The position numbers and the translations under genes were made by a program. Below the pieces are notes generated by a model. It did no database searches. It had not been told where the DNA came from and saw nothing but the letters and a program-made list of their open reading frames with translations. This document shows positions 38,954 through 47,955 of a stretch of DNA of 64,000 nt, in pieces (the stretch's first letter is position 1; each line of letters begins with the position of its first letter). The stretch is from Leptonemataceae bacterium. Lineage in GTDB: Bacteria > Spirochaetota > Leptospiria > Leptospirales > Leptonemataceae. Location: assembly GCA_965227295.1 (NCBI GenBank), contig OZ245742.1, positions 5,184,001 through 5,248,000 of the forward strand. The letters run 5' to 3'.

Positions 38954-40303
38954 CTATAAAAACCTTCGCAAATCCTGACGTAGAGTATCAAAGCTCTGCC
39001 ACGCCGATCGACGCACGTTGCGTAACCAGCAGCAACGCACGCCTTCGATCCAGCCAAAAAACGCGCGGCGGTAATGCCTCGCGAAGATGCCGGAAAAAGG
39101 ATACGTCACCGCGTAGACAATCGCTTCGAACGGACCGGCGAGGACTGCGACGGCACCGGCGGCTGCGATCCAGTAGACTGGAATCAGAAACATGCCGCCC
39201 ACGAGTTTCAGGGCGCCGTGAAAATGCACGTCCCGAAAGAGCCGACGCGAGAGCAGGCGCAGACTCATCGCCACCGGATAAAAGTTAACGAGCCCCAGCA
39301 ATTGCACGGGAGCGAGGAGCATTAGCGCCAGGCCGTCGAGCAGCAACGTCGGCAAACCCGCCCGCCGTTCCAGGGCCGCTTCCCCTATGAACCAGGCGTT
39401 GCGACGCACGACATACTCCCGCACCCGATCGCAGAATTCCGTCGTGCGCTTCGGACGTTCCCGGTACTCTTGTTCCAGGCGACGCACCAGGCTCTGGTTT
39501 GCCGCGAACTCGGCGGAGTAGTCTCGCAGGGCTTCGCGGCGCAACCGGGATCGCTGCATTTCCCACAGGCTCACCGCGGCATCGTGCACGGCGTCCTCTT
39601 CGATGTGCAGGACGATCTTGCGCAGACGCTCTTCCAGATCGCGACGCAGTTCGTTCACAGCCGCCTTAGCATTCTTTCGATAGCGCTTACGGTACTCGCT
39701 GACATCGATGTGCGGCCCGTATTGAATCAACAACTCCGCATCGAAGCGAGTCGGATGATCGTACGACAAACCCACCGGCACGATGCGCACGCCGGCCTCG
39801 CCCCGGTCTTCGAAGCTCTGTTCCGCCTGCAGGGCGATGCGCGCGGCACCCTTCTTTAACGGACGCAGACGACGGCGCATGCTGTGATTGCCCTCGGGAA
39901 AAATCAACACCGCGTCGCCGCGCCCCAGGATCCCGGCACACAGATCGAAGGTCATCTCGTTGAATGCAAGCTTCTCGGCGCCGTCCCGGGTGCGAAAGAT
40001 CGGCAACATCTTGATGCTGTGAAAGAACTTGCGCAGCAGCGGTTTGCGAAAGACGTCCGCCCTGGCCAGGAAGGTGATCTGCTGCGGCGGAGTGACGGCA
40101 GGAACAAGGGCGTCGCTCAGGGCGTTGGAATGATTCGGCGTAAACAGGAGCGGACCGGAGGTCGGCAGCGGCTCGTGATAGCGGATTTCAATGCGCCGAA
40201 AGAAAAAGTAAACGGCCAGGCGCACCCACGTACCAAAGAACTCGTACGTAAAAGACCGGTGCGGAATAGAGGGACGATGCGGCGCCGCCGGTTCGTCCGG
40301 CAT
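38954..40303 (-). CDS. Lysophospholipid/glycerol acyltransferase (PlsC-like) with C-terminal TMs
   Basis: PNHSNALSD (NHx4D-like), FLAR, PIFR, IFPEG, LKKGAAR; TAATG overlap with the upstream gene. Confidence 0.88.
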   Translation of the reverse strand: MPDEPAAPHRPSIPHRSFTYEFFGTWVRLAVYFFFRRIEIRYHEPLPTSGPLLFTPNHSNALSDALVPAVTPPQQITFLARADVFRKPLLRKFFHSIKMLPIFRTRDGAEKLAFNEMTFDLCAGILGRGDAVLIFPEGNHSMRRRLRPLKKGAARIALQAEQSFEDRGEAGVRIVPVGLSYDHPTRFDAELLIQYGPHIDVSEYRKRYRKNAKAAVNELRRDLEERLRKIVLHIEEDAVHDAAVSLWEMQRSRLRREALRDYSAEFAANQSLVRRLEQEYRERPKRTTEFCDRVREYVVRRNAWFIGEAALERRAGLPTLLLDGLALMLLAPVQLLGLVNFYPVAMSLRLLSRRLFRDVHFHGALKLVGGMFLIPVYWIAAAGAVAVLAGPFEAIVYAVTYPFSGIFARHYRRAFFGWIEGVRCCWLRNVRRSAWQSFDTLRQDLRRFL

Positions 40304-41271
40304 TACGCGGCACCCTCCCGGCGCCGTTCTTCCCGGGCGCGGCGATCCCGCTCGGCGTGCTCCGGCGTGTACTTCCAGCGCCGGTGCAACCAGAAGTACT
40401 GCTCCGGATACTCCCTGATGTCCTCTTCCAGGGCGGAGACCCAGCGTTGGGTGTACTCGCGCACCAGCGCGTCGCGAGATTCGTATTGATTCTTTACGGA
40501 TTTGTCCAGCACGCCCAGGTCGCGGATCTTAATGCGAATGCGGCCGCCCGCTAAGTGTACGGCAGTGTACACTAAGATGCGCGCCCCGGCCATGCTCGCC
40601 AGCACCGCCGGCCCCTGAAACGTGGACGCCGGGCGATTCAGAAAGTCCACGAAGATGCCGGCCCCGCGGGCGTTCTGATCGGCGACGACGCCCATGAAAC
40701 CGCCCTGTTTCAACCAGCGCAGCACGCCGGGGGTTTCTTCCATGGTAAAGAGCTGAATGCCGCTCGACTCGCGGATCTTCTTGTACCAGCGATCGACGAA
40801 CTTATTCGAGAGCGGTTTGTAGATGCCGCCGCCGTTCAACACCCGTCCGGTATACTGCACGAGCAGCTCCCAGGTTCCGAGATGCCCGGTGAGAAAGATG
40901 ATGCCGGTGCCGTTGTTTTTGCCGGCTTCCATGGCCGCACGTTCGATGTCCTTCGACCCCGGCGTAAACTCCACGCGTTCTTCGAAGAAGCGATCGTTCA
41001 GGCGCGGACCGTAGAGGGCGTCCGCCGCCATGTGCCCCAGGTGACGGAAGTGTTCGCGGATCATCTTGCGGCGCTCATCGGCACTCAGTTCCGGGAACGC
41101 GTGACGAATGTTTTCGTCGGCAATGCGCCGGTGCTTGCGGGCGATGGGATACAGCATCGCCGTCAGCGCGCGGCCGAGCCACAGGCATCCGTCATACGGC
41201 AACAACCGCCACGGCAGCGTGAACCACCAGATAATGCAAAATACAAAAAAGTCGCCGATCGTCTTCAGCAT
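40303..41271 (-). CDS. lpxL: Lipid A late acyltransferase (LpxL/HtrB family)
   Basis: ENI..AFPE, GHLGTWE, ADQ, V.FLNRPA, PEQYFWLHRRWK; ATG at 41271. Confidence 0.85.
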   Translation of the reverse strand: MLKTIGDFFVFCIIWWFTLPWRLLPYDGCLWLGRALTAMLYPIARKHRRIADENIRHAFPELSADERRKMIREHFRHLGHMAADALYGPRLNDRFFEERVEFTPGSKDIERAAMEAGKNNGTGIIFLTGHLGTWELLVQYTGRVLNGGGIYKPLSNKFVDRWYKKIRESSGIQLFTMEETPGVLRWLKQGGFMGVVADQNARGAGIFVDFLNRPASTFQGPAVLASMAGARILVYTAVHLAGGRIRIKIRDLGVLDKSVKNQYESRDALVREYTQRWVSALEEDIREYPEQYFWLHRRWKYTPEHAERDRRAREERRREGAA

Positions 41272-41361
41272 CGGGACATTCTGGGAATGACAACGAGGGT
41301 TTCCAGTCGAAAATCGAAGGCGAAGCCGAGGAGATAGGGAAACAAGGTGTAAGATCTTTTT

Positions 41362-41483
41362 GGGCGTGCCCCTCCGCGCTACGCGCTCCGGGTCGCGCTT
41401 TCCAGGGCTCCGCTTCGCTGCGGTCCTACGCGCTACGCGCTCCGGACTTGCGGCTGCGCCGCAACCCTTCCAATCGCTCACGC
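41362..41483 (-). ncRNA. Flavo-1-like structured repeat element, copy A
   Basis: Minus strand GCGTGAGCGAT...AGCGCGACCC...GGGGCACGCCC with internal hairpins; colinear with 53544-53716; family name is from recalled consensus, not a search. Confidence 0.6.
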
Positions 41484-41551
41484 GAAGAGTCGAGGACAAT
41501 CATATCAAACCAGCCCATCAAAAAACCTCTCATCCTCCCTGTAAAATCTTC

Positions 41552-41575
41552 CCTCGGTACCTCGGTCCTCGGAGT
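41552..41575. repeat. Right arm of the ACTCCGAGGACCGAGG repeat family (left arm absent or degenerate)
   Basis: CCTCGGTACCTCGGTCCTCGGAGT. Confidence 0.75.
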
Positions 41576-41585
41576 GAAACCTTCT

Positions 41586-43355
41586 TCACCCCGCCGCGGC
41601 CACAGGACCGGCGGCCGGGATCGGGGCGCGCTTCAGTTTACCGCGGTTGCCGTTCAGGATCGCCTCGCTGTCCACGTTGTACTCGAAAGCCAGCTGCAAA
41701 CGAGCGTCTTTCTCTTCGCCGCTTAACTTATGCGCGCTGCGTTCTAAGAGTATGCCGATCAACAACCGCGTCGCCGATTCCACGACCTCGAACGAGAGCT
41801 GCGCTTTGCGATCGGCATCCGGAAGTTCCTTATACAGCGTGACGACCTCCTCGAAGGTCGCGCGCAGTTCATTCAGCAGCTCCGAGGCCGGGAACTCCGC
41901 AAAACGCGCGTTGAAGTAATCGCGCAGATTGCCCTTCGCGGACATCCCCGAAACGATGCCGCCGATGGCCGCGTTCACCTGGATCTGCGTGGTGCCGTCG
42001 TAGATGTTGGTAATGCGCACGTCCCGATACAGCCGCGCGAGATCGTACTCTTCGATGAAACCGGCGCCGCCCAGAACCTGCAGCGCGTCATAAATGACCG
42101 AGTTCGCCGTCTCGGCGATGTAGTACTTCTGCATGGGCGTCAGCGCGTTGGCGAGTTTCTCCCACTGACGAACCCCCGGATCGTTCTTGATCTCACGCTC
42201 GCTCGCGCCGCTTTCTTTAAGGCGAATGGCGCGCCAGTGATAACGATCCACGCTCAGCGACGCCTCGACCATGAGACAACGCATGCCCGCGATTTCACGT
42301 TCCATGCGCCGCAGCATCTTCGCCACGGCCGGAATCTCGATGATGGGCCGGCCGAACTGAATGCGTTCTTCGGCGTACTTGCGCGCCTCGTAGTAGGCCG
42401 CCGTGGCCATGCCCGTTCCCTGGGAACCCACGCTCAGTCGCGCACCGTTCAGCATGCCGATGACGTACTTCGAAAGACCGTGTCCTTCTTCTCCAATGAG
42501 CTGCGCCGGCGCTTTTTCGTAGGCCACCTCACAGGTGGCCGATGCCTTCAGACCGAGTTTCTTTTCAATGCCGGTGATCTCGATGTCCTTGCCTTCTACT
42601 AAAAAGAACGAGAGCCCCCGCGCCCCGCTGTTCGCGTCTCCCGTGCGCGCGAGCACCAACGAAGCGCCCGGAAATTCGTTCACCCCGCAGGCCATGGTCT
42701 GGTAACGTTTGGTGCCGGTGATGTACCACTTGCCGTCGATCTTCTCGGCTTTCGTGCGTACGCTCGGGAGATCCGAACCGAAGTCCGGCTCGCTCAGGCC
42801 CATCGTAACACTGTACTTGTTCTCAATGAGCTTCGGCAGCCACTCCTTGTTCATTTCCTCGCTCGCGTACATCTCCATGATGGCCGCCAGGTTTACACTG
42901 CCCGCGGCGATGGCGAAGGACGTATCCGCGCGGTAGGCGACCTCAAAGGCCAGGGCCTTCACGACGTGGGGCGTCCCCAGGCCCGCGTACTTGCGCTGAA
43001 AGGCCAGGGGATGCAGGCCGGCCTCCTGGATCTTTACGAAAAGATCCACGAACGGCTGCGGATGGCTAACTTTACCATTTTCGAACTTAAGGCCTTCGCT
43101 GTCCATGTCCTGGGCGATTTGAGAGACCTCTTTGCCCATGAGATCGCCGTAGCCTGCGAGGATTTGTTTGTAGTACTCCACGGCTTCTTCCACGGAACGC
43201 GGGGCGTAGGCCAGGCGCTCATCGCCGGTTTCGTCGTAGGCCTGCGCGTCGCGAAAGCCGTCCTCGTAGAGTTCAACCACCTCGTTCCAGTCGATGAACG
43301 TATCGACGTGGTTGCGGAGGTCCGGGTTGTCTTCGTAATAATTGCTGCTGATCAT
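41586..43355 (-). CDS. Acyl-CoA dehydrogenase family protein
   Basis: MGLSEPDFGSD, ITGTK, GLSFFLV, KLGLKASATC, R.QFGRPI, QVLGG.GF, IYDGTTQIQ. Confidence 0.93.
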   Translation of the reverse strand: MISSNYYEDNPDLRNHVDTFIDWNEVVELYEDGFRDAQAYDETGDERLAYAPRSVEEAVEYYKQILAGYGDLMGKEVSQIAQDMDSEGLKFENGKVSHPQPFVDLFVKIQEAGLHPLAFQRKYAGLGTPHVVKALAFEVAYRADTSFAIAAGSVNLAAIMEMYASEEMNKEWLPKLIENKYSVTMGLSEPDFGSDLPSVRTKAEKIDGKWYITGTKRYQTMACGVNEFPGASLVLARTGDANSGARGLSFFLVEGKDIEITGIEKKLGLKASATCEVAYEKAPAQLIGEEGHGLSKYVIGMLNGARLSVGSQGTGMATAAYYEARKYAEERIQFGRPIIEIPAVAKMLRRMEREIAGMRCLMVEASLSVDRYHWRAIRLKESGASEREIKNDPGVRQWEKLANALTPMQKYYIAETANSVIYDALQVLGGAGFIEEYDLARLYRDVRITNIYDGTTQIQVNAAIGGIVSGMSAKGNLRDYFNARFAEFPASELLNELRATFEEVVTLYKELPDADRKAQLSFEVVESATRLLIGILLERSAHKLSGEEKDARLQLAFEYNVDSEAILNGNRGKLKRAPIPAAGPVAAAG

Positions 43356-43442
43356 AGCCTTAAGTATGCACCGGATCCCGGGTAAAAAGCAAGAAAAAGC
43401 GACGCAAAAAACGAAAAAATGCGCCGCACAAAAGTGAACTGA

Positions 43443-43456
43443 CTATAAATTTATAG
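43443..43456. promoter_or_regulatory. Probable TetR operator
   Basis: Perfect 14-bp palindrome CTATAAATTTATAG between the divergent ACAD and tetR genes. Confidence 0.65.
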
Positions 43457-43487
43457 ACGCATCATCTTTTTCGGCGGACCGTGCGCC

Positions 43488-44093
43488 ATGAGCGGACTGC
43501 GCGAACGGCAAAAGGAAAAACGCCGCAAGGCCATCCTGAAAGCGGCAACCACGCTTTTTCTTCGCAACGGCTTCGACTCCGTGGCGGTGGAAGACATCGC
43601 GGCAAAGGCCGGGCTGAGCACCGGAACGGTCTACAACTACTTCACGAACAAAGCGGAGATCCTGGTAACCATCGCGGCGGTGGACATCGAGGAGTTTCTC
43701 GAAGAGTGCGAAGCCGTCATTGCGAACGGCCGCCTGGCGACGGCCACCGCGGTGCTGCGCATCTATCGTTCGTTTTTCGAATGGTCCCTGGCCCGCTACG
43801 ATCGTTCCCTGGCCCGGCCCATCGCATTTCTTCAGTTAGGCGTGGCCGGTCGTGAACTCGCGTACCTCGAAGGCGTACTGGAACAACCCCTACGCGCGTT
43901 GATTCGCGCCCACCATCGTTCCGGCAAGCTGCGCGCGGACCTGGACCTGGACGCCTGCGCGCGCGTGTTGTTCAATCTCAGCAACTCCGAGTACTACACC
44001 GCCCTCGCCGACGAACGCCGCGGTGTGGACGAAATCCTGCGCCGCCTGGAAACCCAGGTGGCCGCGGTGATTCAGGGCTGGCTGCCAGGTTGA
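43488..44093 (+). CDS. TetR/AcrR-family transcriptional regulator
   Basis: GLRERQK, LF...GF....EDIA..AGLS.GTVYNYF.NK. Confidence 0.93.
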   Translation: MSGLRERQKEKRRKAILKAATTLFLRNGFDSVAVEDIAAKAGLSTGTVYNYFTNKAEILVTIAAVDIEEFLEECEAVIANGRLATATAVLRIYRSFFEWSLARYDRSLARPIAFLQLGVAGRELAYLEGVLEQPLRALIRAHHRSGKLRADLDLDACARVLFNLSNSEYYTALADERRGVDEILRRLETQVAAVIQGWLPG

Positions 44094-44139
44094 ACGCGGC
44101 CCTTGCATTTTCCGAAGATTGTCTTCGTCTAATCCAAAC

Positions 44140-44661
44140 ATGAGCGCGCATCATCTGACTTACTTCGAAACGAAAGCGACCGAGGACGGACTCGTGCATT
44201 CTTTTCAGCAGACGTTGCGCGAAGACTACGTCGCCCGGGCCCTGCAAGTTTTTACGGACGGCGATCAAATCGTGCGCAGCGTGCACGTCAACTCCGCCGA
44301 CCTCGGAACCGCACGCTGGCATCGCGAAAAGGGGCTCGTCCATTGCCGCGCGTGGGAACGCCCGGAACAGTCGTCGGGTTTCGCCCATCATTACACCGCC
44401 GCCCTTGACGGTAAAGAGAGCGATGCCGCGTACGCCGCGACGATTCTGGAAGATTGTCTCAAGCGCCTCGCCGACCGCGAGCTGGCGGCGCGCCTGCAAA
44501 CCTTCTGCGAGGTGCCGGGATCAACCATCGAGTACGCCTACGAGGCGGATCGCCGGCACATCGAACACGTACGGCCCCTGAGTACGGAGGAGACCGGGCC
44601 GCCCGCCGGGAAACGACTGCACTTCGATGCGGAGACCGGGCAGTTTTACGTCAGCGAGTAA
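44140..44661 (+). CDS. Hypothetical protein
   Basis: 173-aa ORF with typical codon usage filling the gap between same-strand genes. Confidence 0.6.
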   Translation: MSAHHLTYFETKATEDGLVHSFQQTLREDYVARALQVFTDGDQIVRSVHVNSADLGTARWHREKGLVHCRAWERPEQSSGFAHHYTAALDGKESDAAYAATILEDCLKRLADRELAARLQTFCEVPGSTIEYAYEADRRHIEHVRPLSTEETGPPAGKRLHFDAETGQFYVSE

Positions 44662-44723
44662 GACCACCGATCGCCGGCGCGCATCGTGCTTGCCTTCGCG
44701 TCGAAAAAATCCGAAGATAGCCT

Positions 44724-45608
44724 ATGCAGATTTTTCAGCGCAGCTTCGTTTACTTCCTCACGATCGGCCTCACCATGTTCGCGGCGCATCTCGCGGCCCA
44801 GGACATGAACAACCCCGGCGAGATCGACACCATGCTCGATCAAATGGAGCAGCAGCTCGACAATCCCGAAGGATTCATCTTTCCCACGGAAAATCCTTCC
44901 GGTGACAAAACGAACGATGACGTCAACCCGTCTCTGAACGAATCCAACATCGACAAACGTCCCGAGGATCGCGTGCGGCCGGAGAACATCGTGCGTGCCG
45001 GCTCCGTGCGCCTGGACGTCCCGCTGGTGGAACAACAGCTCGGCCCGGTCTGCGGCCCGGCGGCGATGGAGATGGTGCTGCGTTACTACGGCGAGTACAG
45101 TCACGATCAATACGAACTCGCCCGGGCGCTGACGATGAAGTTCGCCACGGAAAAACGCTATCGCCGTTTCGCCGAAAAGATCCACCGCAAGGACCCGCGG
45201 GTGATTCCGTGGCAAGAGTATCCGGGCACGGGCACCTACTACATGCGCGAGTTCCTGGAAGGCCTCGGTCTGTCCGTGGAAAACAAACGCATCCAGCGCA
45301 TGCCGGCGGATCCCTACCAGGCCCGACTCAAGCGCGAAGAGTTTTTCGAGAATCTGATTCAGCACTTACACGCGGAACGGCCGGTCATCGTACACCAGTA
45401 CTGGAAAAAGAAATCGTCCTCCATGCACTATCGCGTGGTGACGGGATACGATCTCAAAAAACGGCGGGTCTATCTCAACGATCCGAAACTGGGGCGCATT
45501 GAACAGCCCTTTGGTGATTTTTTCGCATTGTGGAATGTGAAAGAGGAATGGTTGCAGTACAACAGCATCGTCGTGAAGGGCGAAAAGGGACTCAAGGTAA
45601 AGTTGTAG
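44724..45608 (+). CDS. Secreted C39-like cysteine peptidase
   Basis: Signal peptide; VPL..Q....CGPAA, HYRVVTGYD, LNDP (Q/C/H/D residues). Confidence 0.82.
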   Translation: MQIFQRSFVYFLTIGLTMFAAHLAAQDMNNPGEIDTMLDQMEQQLDNPEGFIFPTENPSGDKTNDDVNPSLNESNIDKRPEDRVRPENIVRAGSVRLDVPLVEQQLGPVCGPAAMEMVLRYYGEYSHDQYELARALTMKFATEKRYRRFAEKIHRKDPRVIPWQEYPGTGTYYMREFLEGLGLSVENKRIQRMPADPYQARLKREEFFENLIQHLHAERPVIVHQYWKKKSSSMHYRVVTGYDLKKRRVYLNDPKLGRIEQPFGDFFALWNVKEEWLQYNSIVVKGEKGLKVKL

Positions 45609-45707
45609 GATGATGCAACCGGTTTACACTTCGAGCGATTTCCTGCTGGCCTCCGGGCCCGGGCACCTTTACTTTAGAAGAAACTCCCGAACAAACGCAG
45701 GCCGATC

Positions 45708-46670
45708 ATGCAGCAACCCCGTCCCATCATCCCCACACGCAGTCTGTCCCTTCTCTTCGCGCTAATCTTCTCCGGAATCATGTTAGCCTGCGGCGAGAAA
45801 CACACCGCCGTCGCCGCGGCTCCCTCTCCGCTGGAAAATGAGGACTTTCGCAAGTACTGGTTCTCCGGCGAGGCGGAGCTGAATCGTTACCGGCTCTCCC
45901 AGGCACGCTACGGCGAGTTGCATCAGGGCGAAGCCGTGCTCATTTTTGTGACCGAGGAGTTTCTCCCGAAGGAACAGGTGAAGTACGAGGGCGGCCCGCC
46001 CCGCGGTAAACTCCCGGTGCTCAAGCTCAACTTCACGAAGAAATTCTACACCGGCGTATACCCGTACTCGATCATGTCATCGATCTTCACACCGGCGGAT
46101 ACATCCACTCACAACCGCAGCATGAAGATCACGACGTCGGCCCAGGAATGGTGCGGCCACGTCTACACGCAGTACAATCTGCGCGGCGATCAGTACGAAA
46201 TCAAATCGCACTCCTACTTCATGAACGAGGCCGACCAGGAGTTCGAACTGGGCGCGGCCGATCCCCTCGAAGACGACGTATGGACTCGCCTGCGCCTGGC
46301 GCCGGAATCCCTGCCGGGCACGGAAACCCGCAAAGAAATCCGCATGGTGCCGGGCACGCAGTATCTGCGCCTGCGCCATCGCGAGCCGGCACCGGAACGC
46401 GCCGTGGTCGAACTCAAGCGGGGCGCGCCGTCGCATACGTACGTAATCGAGTACCCGGAGCTGAACCGACGACTCGCCATCGAGTTCGAGGCGGATTTTC
46501 CCCACGCGATCCTGGGCTGGACGGAAAGCCATACGAGCGGCTTCGGCGCATCGGCGACGACGTTGACGACCACGGCCGAACGCACGCACGTCCTGCGTCT
46601 GGACTACTGGAACAAGAACGGCAACGCCGACGCGAAGTACCGCGAACGCCTGGGCCTGACGGAACGATAG
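45708..46670 (+). CDS. Conserved hypothetical lipoprotein
   Basis: Lipobox MLAC; YW..G.AE, QARYGE, IFVTE.F, TGVYPYS.M, QEWCGH, DYWNKN. Confidence 0.75.
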   Translation: MQQPRPIIPTRSLSLLFALIFSGIMLACGEKHTAVAAAPSPLENEDFRKYWFSGEAELNRYRLSQARYGELHQGEAVLIFVTEEFLPKEQVKYEGGPPRGKLPVLKLNFTKKFYTGVYPYSIMSSIFTPADTSTHNRSMKITTSAQEWCGHVYTQYNLRGDQYEIKSHSYFMNEADQEFELGAADPLEDDVWTRLRLAPESLPGTETRKEIRMVPGTQYLRLRHREPAPERAVVELKRGAPSHTYVIEYPELNRRLAIEFEADFPHAILGWTESHTSGFGASATTLTTTAERTHVLRLDYWNKNGNADAKYRERLGLTER

Positions 46671-46725
46671 CCGCTTCCGCGGCTTCGCCGAGAGCAGCCG
46701 CCCGCTAAGATCACACCGGAGAAAG

Positions 46726-47778
46726 TTAGATCAAACCGGCGGCGTCCATCTGGGCCACATGTTCGCAGATGGTGTCGGGGATGGAACGATACTCAACGCC
46801 TAAATCCTCGCGACTGCGCGTGTTATCGAGGTCGTAGTTCACACCGAGGTTCTTGCTCAGAAAACTCCACGATAAACCCAGGAAAGGGCCGACGAGATAG
46901 ACAATGGGCGCCGGCAGATAGCCGCCCGGCGTGGGATATTTTTTTCCGAAGCGGTCGCCGATCATCTTACCGAGTTCGAGCAGCGGCTTCGTATCGGCGC
47001 AGAGGATGTGCCGGCCGGCGGCCTCGGGCGTAAGCCCTGCCAGGATGTGCGCACGGGCGACGTCGCGTACGTCCACGATGCCGAAGTGCAGACGCGGCAC
47101 GCCGAACTTCATTTCCCCGCTCACCAGCCGGCGCATAAACTGCACGCTCGTGCCGTCCATGCGTTCGGAGAGTGACGGCCCGAGGACAAAGGCCGGATTG
47201 ATGGTGACCAGGTCCCAGCGATCCTGGGCGTCGGCAATCTTCCAGGCCTCGCGTTCGGCCAGGGTCTTCGAGTATTGATAGGGCTGATGATCGACGCTGG
47301 AAGATTCGTTCCAGTCTTCTTCGGTCATGGTTTGATTTTCGTGTTTGCGCGCGTCCACGTTGTCACCCATGATCGCGGCGACGCTTGAGGTAAGCACGAT
47401 GCGTTTCACGGACGGTGTGCGGTTCGCGCCTTCCAGAACGCTGCGCGTACCGTTTACCGCGGGATCGACGAGTTCCCGTTTTGCATCTTTGAAACCGGAA
47501 ATGAAAAACGGTGACGCCGTGTGGATGACCAGTTCGCAATCGCGCATGGCGGTGTCGAAGGAACCGTTGGTGTTGAGATCGGCCTCAAAGAGTTCCAGAC
47601 GGCCCTCGTGTTTGTCGGCGAGCATCATGAGATGACCGACCTTCGTGGCGTCGTTGCGATCCCGAACGCTGGCGCGCACGGACAACCCGTCTTCGAGCAG
47701 ATACTTCACGATCCAGGAAGCGATGTATCCGGCGCCTCCGGTGACCAGGACGGGCTTGTTACGATCGATTTCGGTCAT
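46726..47778 (-). CDS. NAD-dependent epimerase/dehydratase (dihydroflavonol/aldehyde reductase-like SDR)
   Basis: TGGAGYIA, HTASP, TSSVAA, Y..SK..AE, VDVRDVA.AH. Confidence 0.92.
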   Translation of the reverse strand: MTEIDRNKPVLVTGGAGYIASWIVKYLLEDGLSVRASVRDRNDATKVGHLMMLADKHEGRLELFEADLNTNGSFDTAMRDCELVIHTASPFFISGFKDAKRELVDPAVNGTRSVLEGANRTPSVKRIVLTSSVAAIMGDNVDARKHENQTMTEEDWNESSSVDHQPYQYSKTLAEREAWKIADAQDRWDLVTINPAFVLGPSLSERMDGTSVQFMRRLVSGEMKFGVPRLHFGIVDVRDVARAHILAGLTPEAAGRHILCADTKPLLELGKMIGDRFGKKYPTPGGYLPAPIVYLVGPFLGLSWSFLSKNLGVNYDLDNTRSREDLGVEYRSIPDTICEHVAQMDAAGLI

Positions 47779-47824
47779 AGATATACTGAAGTAAAATTTT
47801 CGCGAAATTCACGCCAGTATTTTC

Positions 47825-47950
47825 ACTCCGCGGACCGAGGTACCGAAGCAAGAAAAGACGCGAAGCCCGATAAAAGAGCCGTTCACAGCCCGACAACGCT
47901 CATCGTACGCAACCCCTCCCCGAAAACCCCGGCCCCTCGGTCCTCGGAGT
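47825..47950. repeat. REP/MITE-like paired inverted repeat copy
   Basis: ACTCCGCGGACCGAGG ... CCTCGGTCCTCGGAGT (1 mismatch). Confidence 0.82.
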
Positions 47951-47955
47951 AGAAT

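Noticed and set aside
41272..41499. 76-aa N-terminal extension of the LpxL-like ORF with a repeated PERVARR peptide
   Set aside because: It is a translation of the Flavo-1-like repeat (17-mer at 41375 and 41429); family similarity starts near ATG 41271
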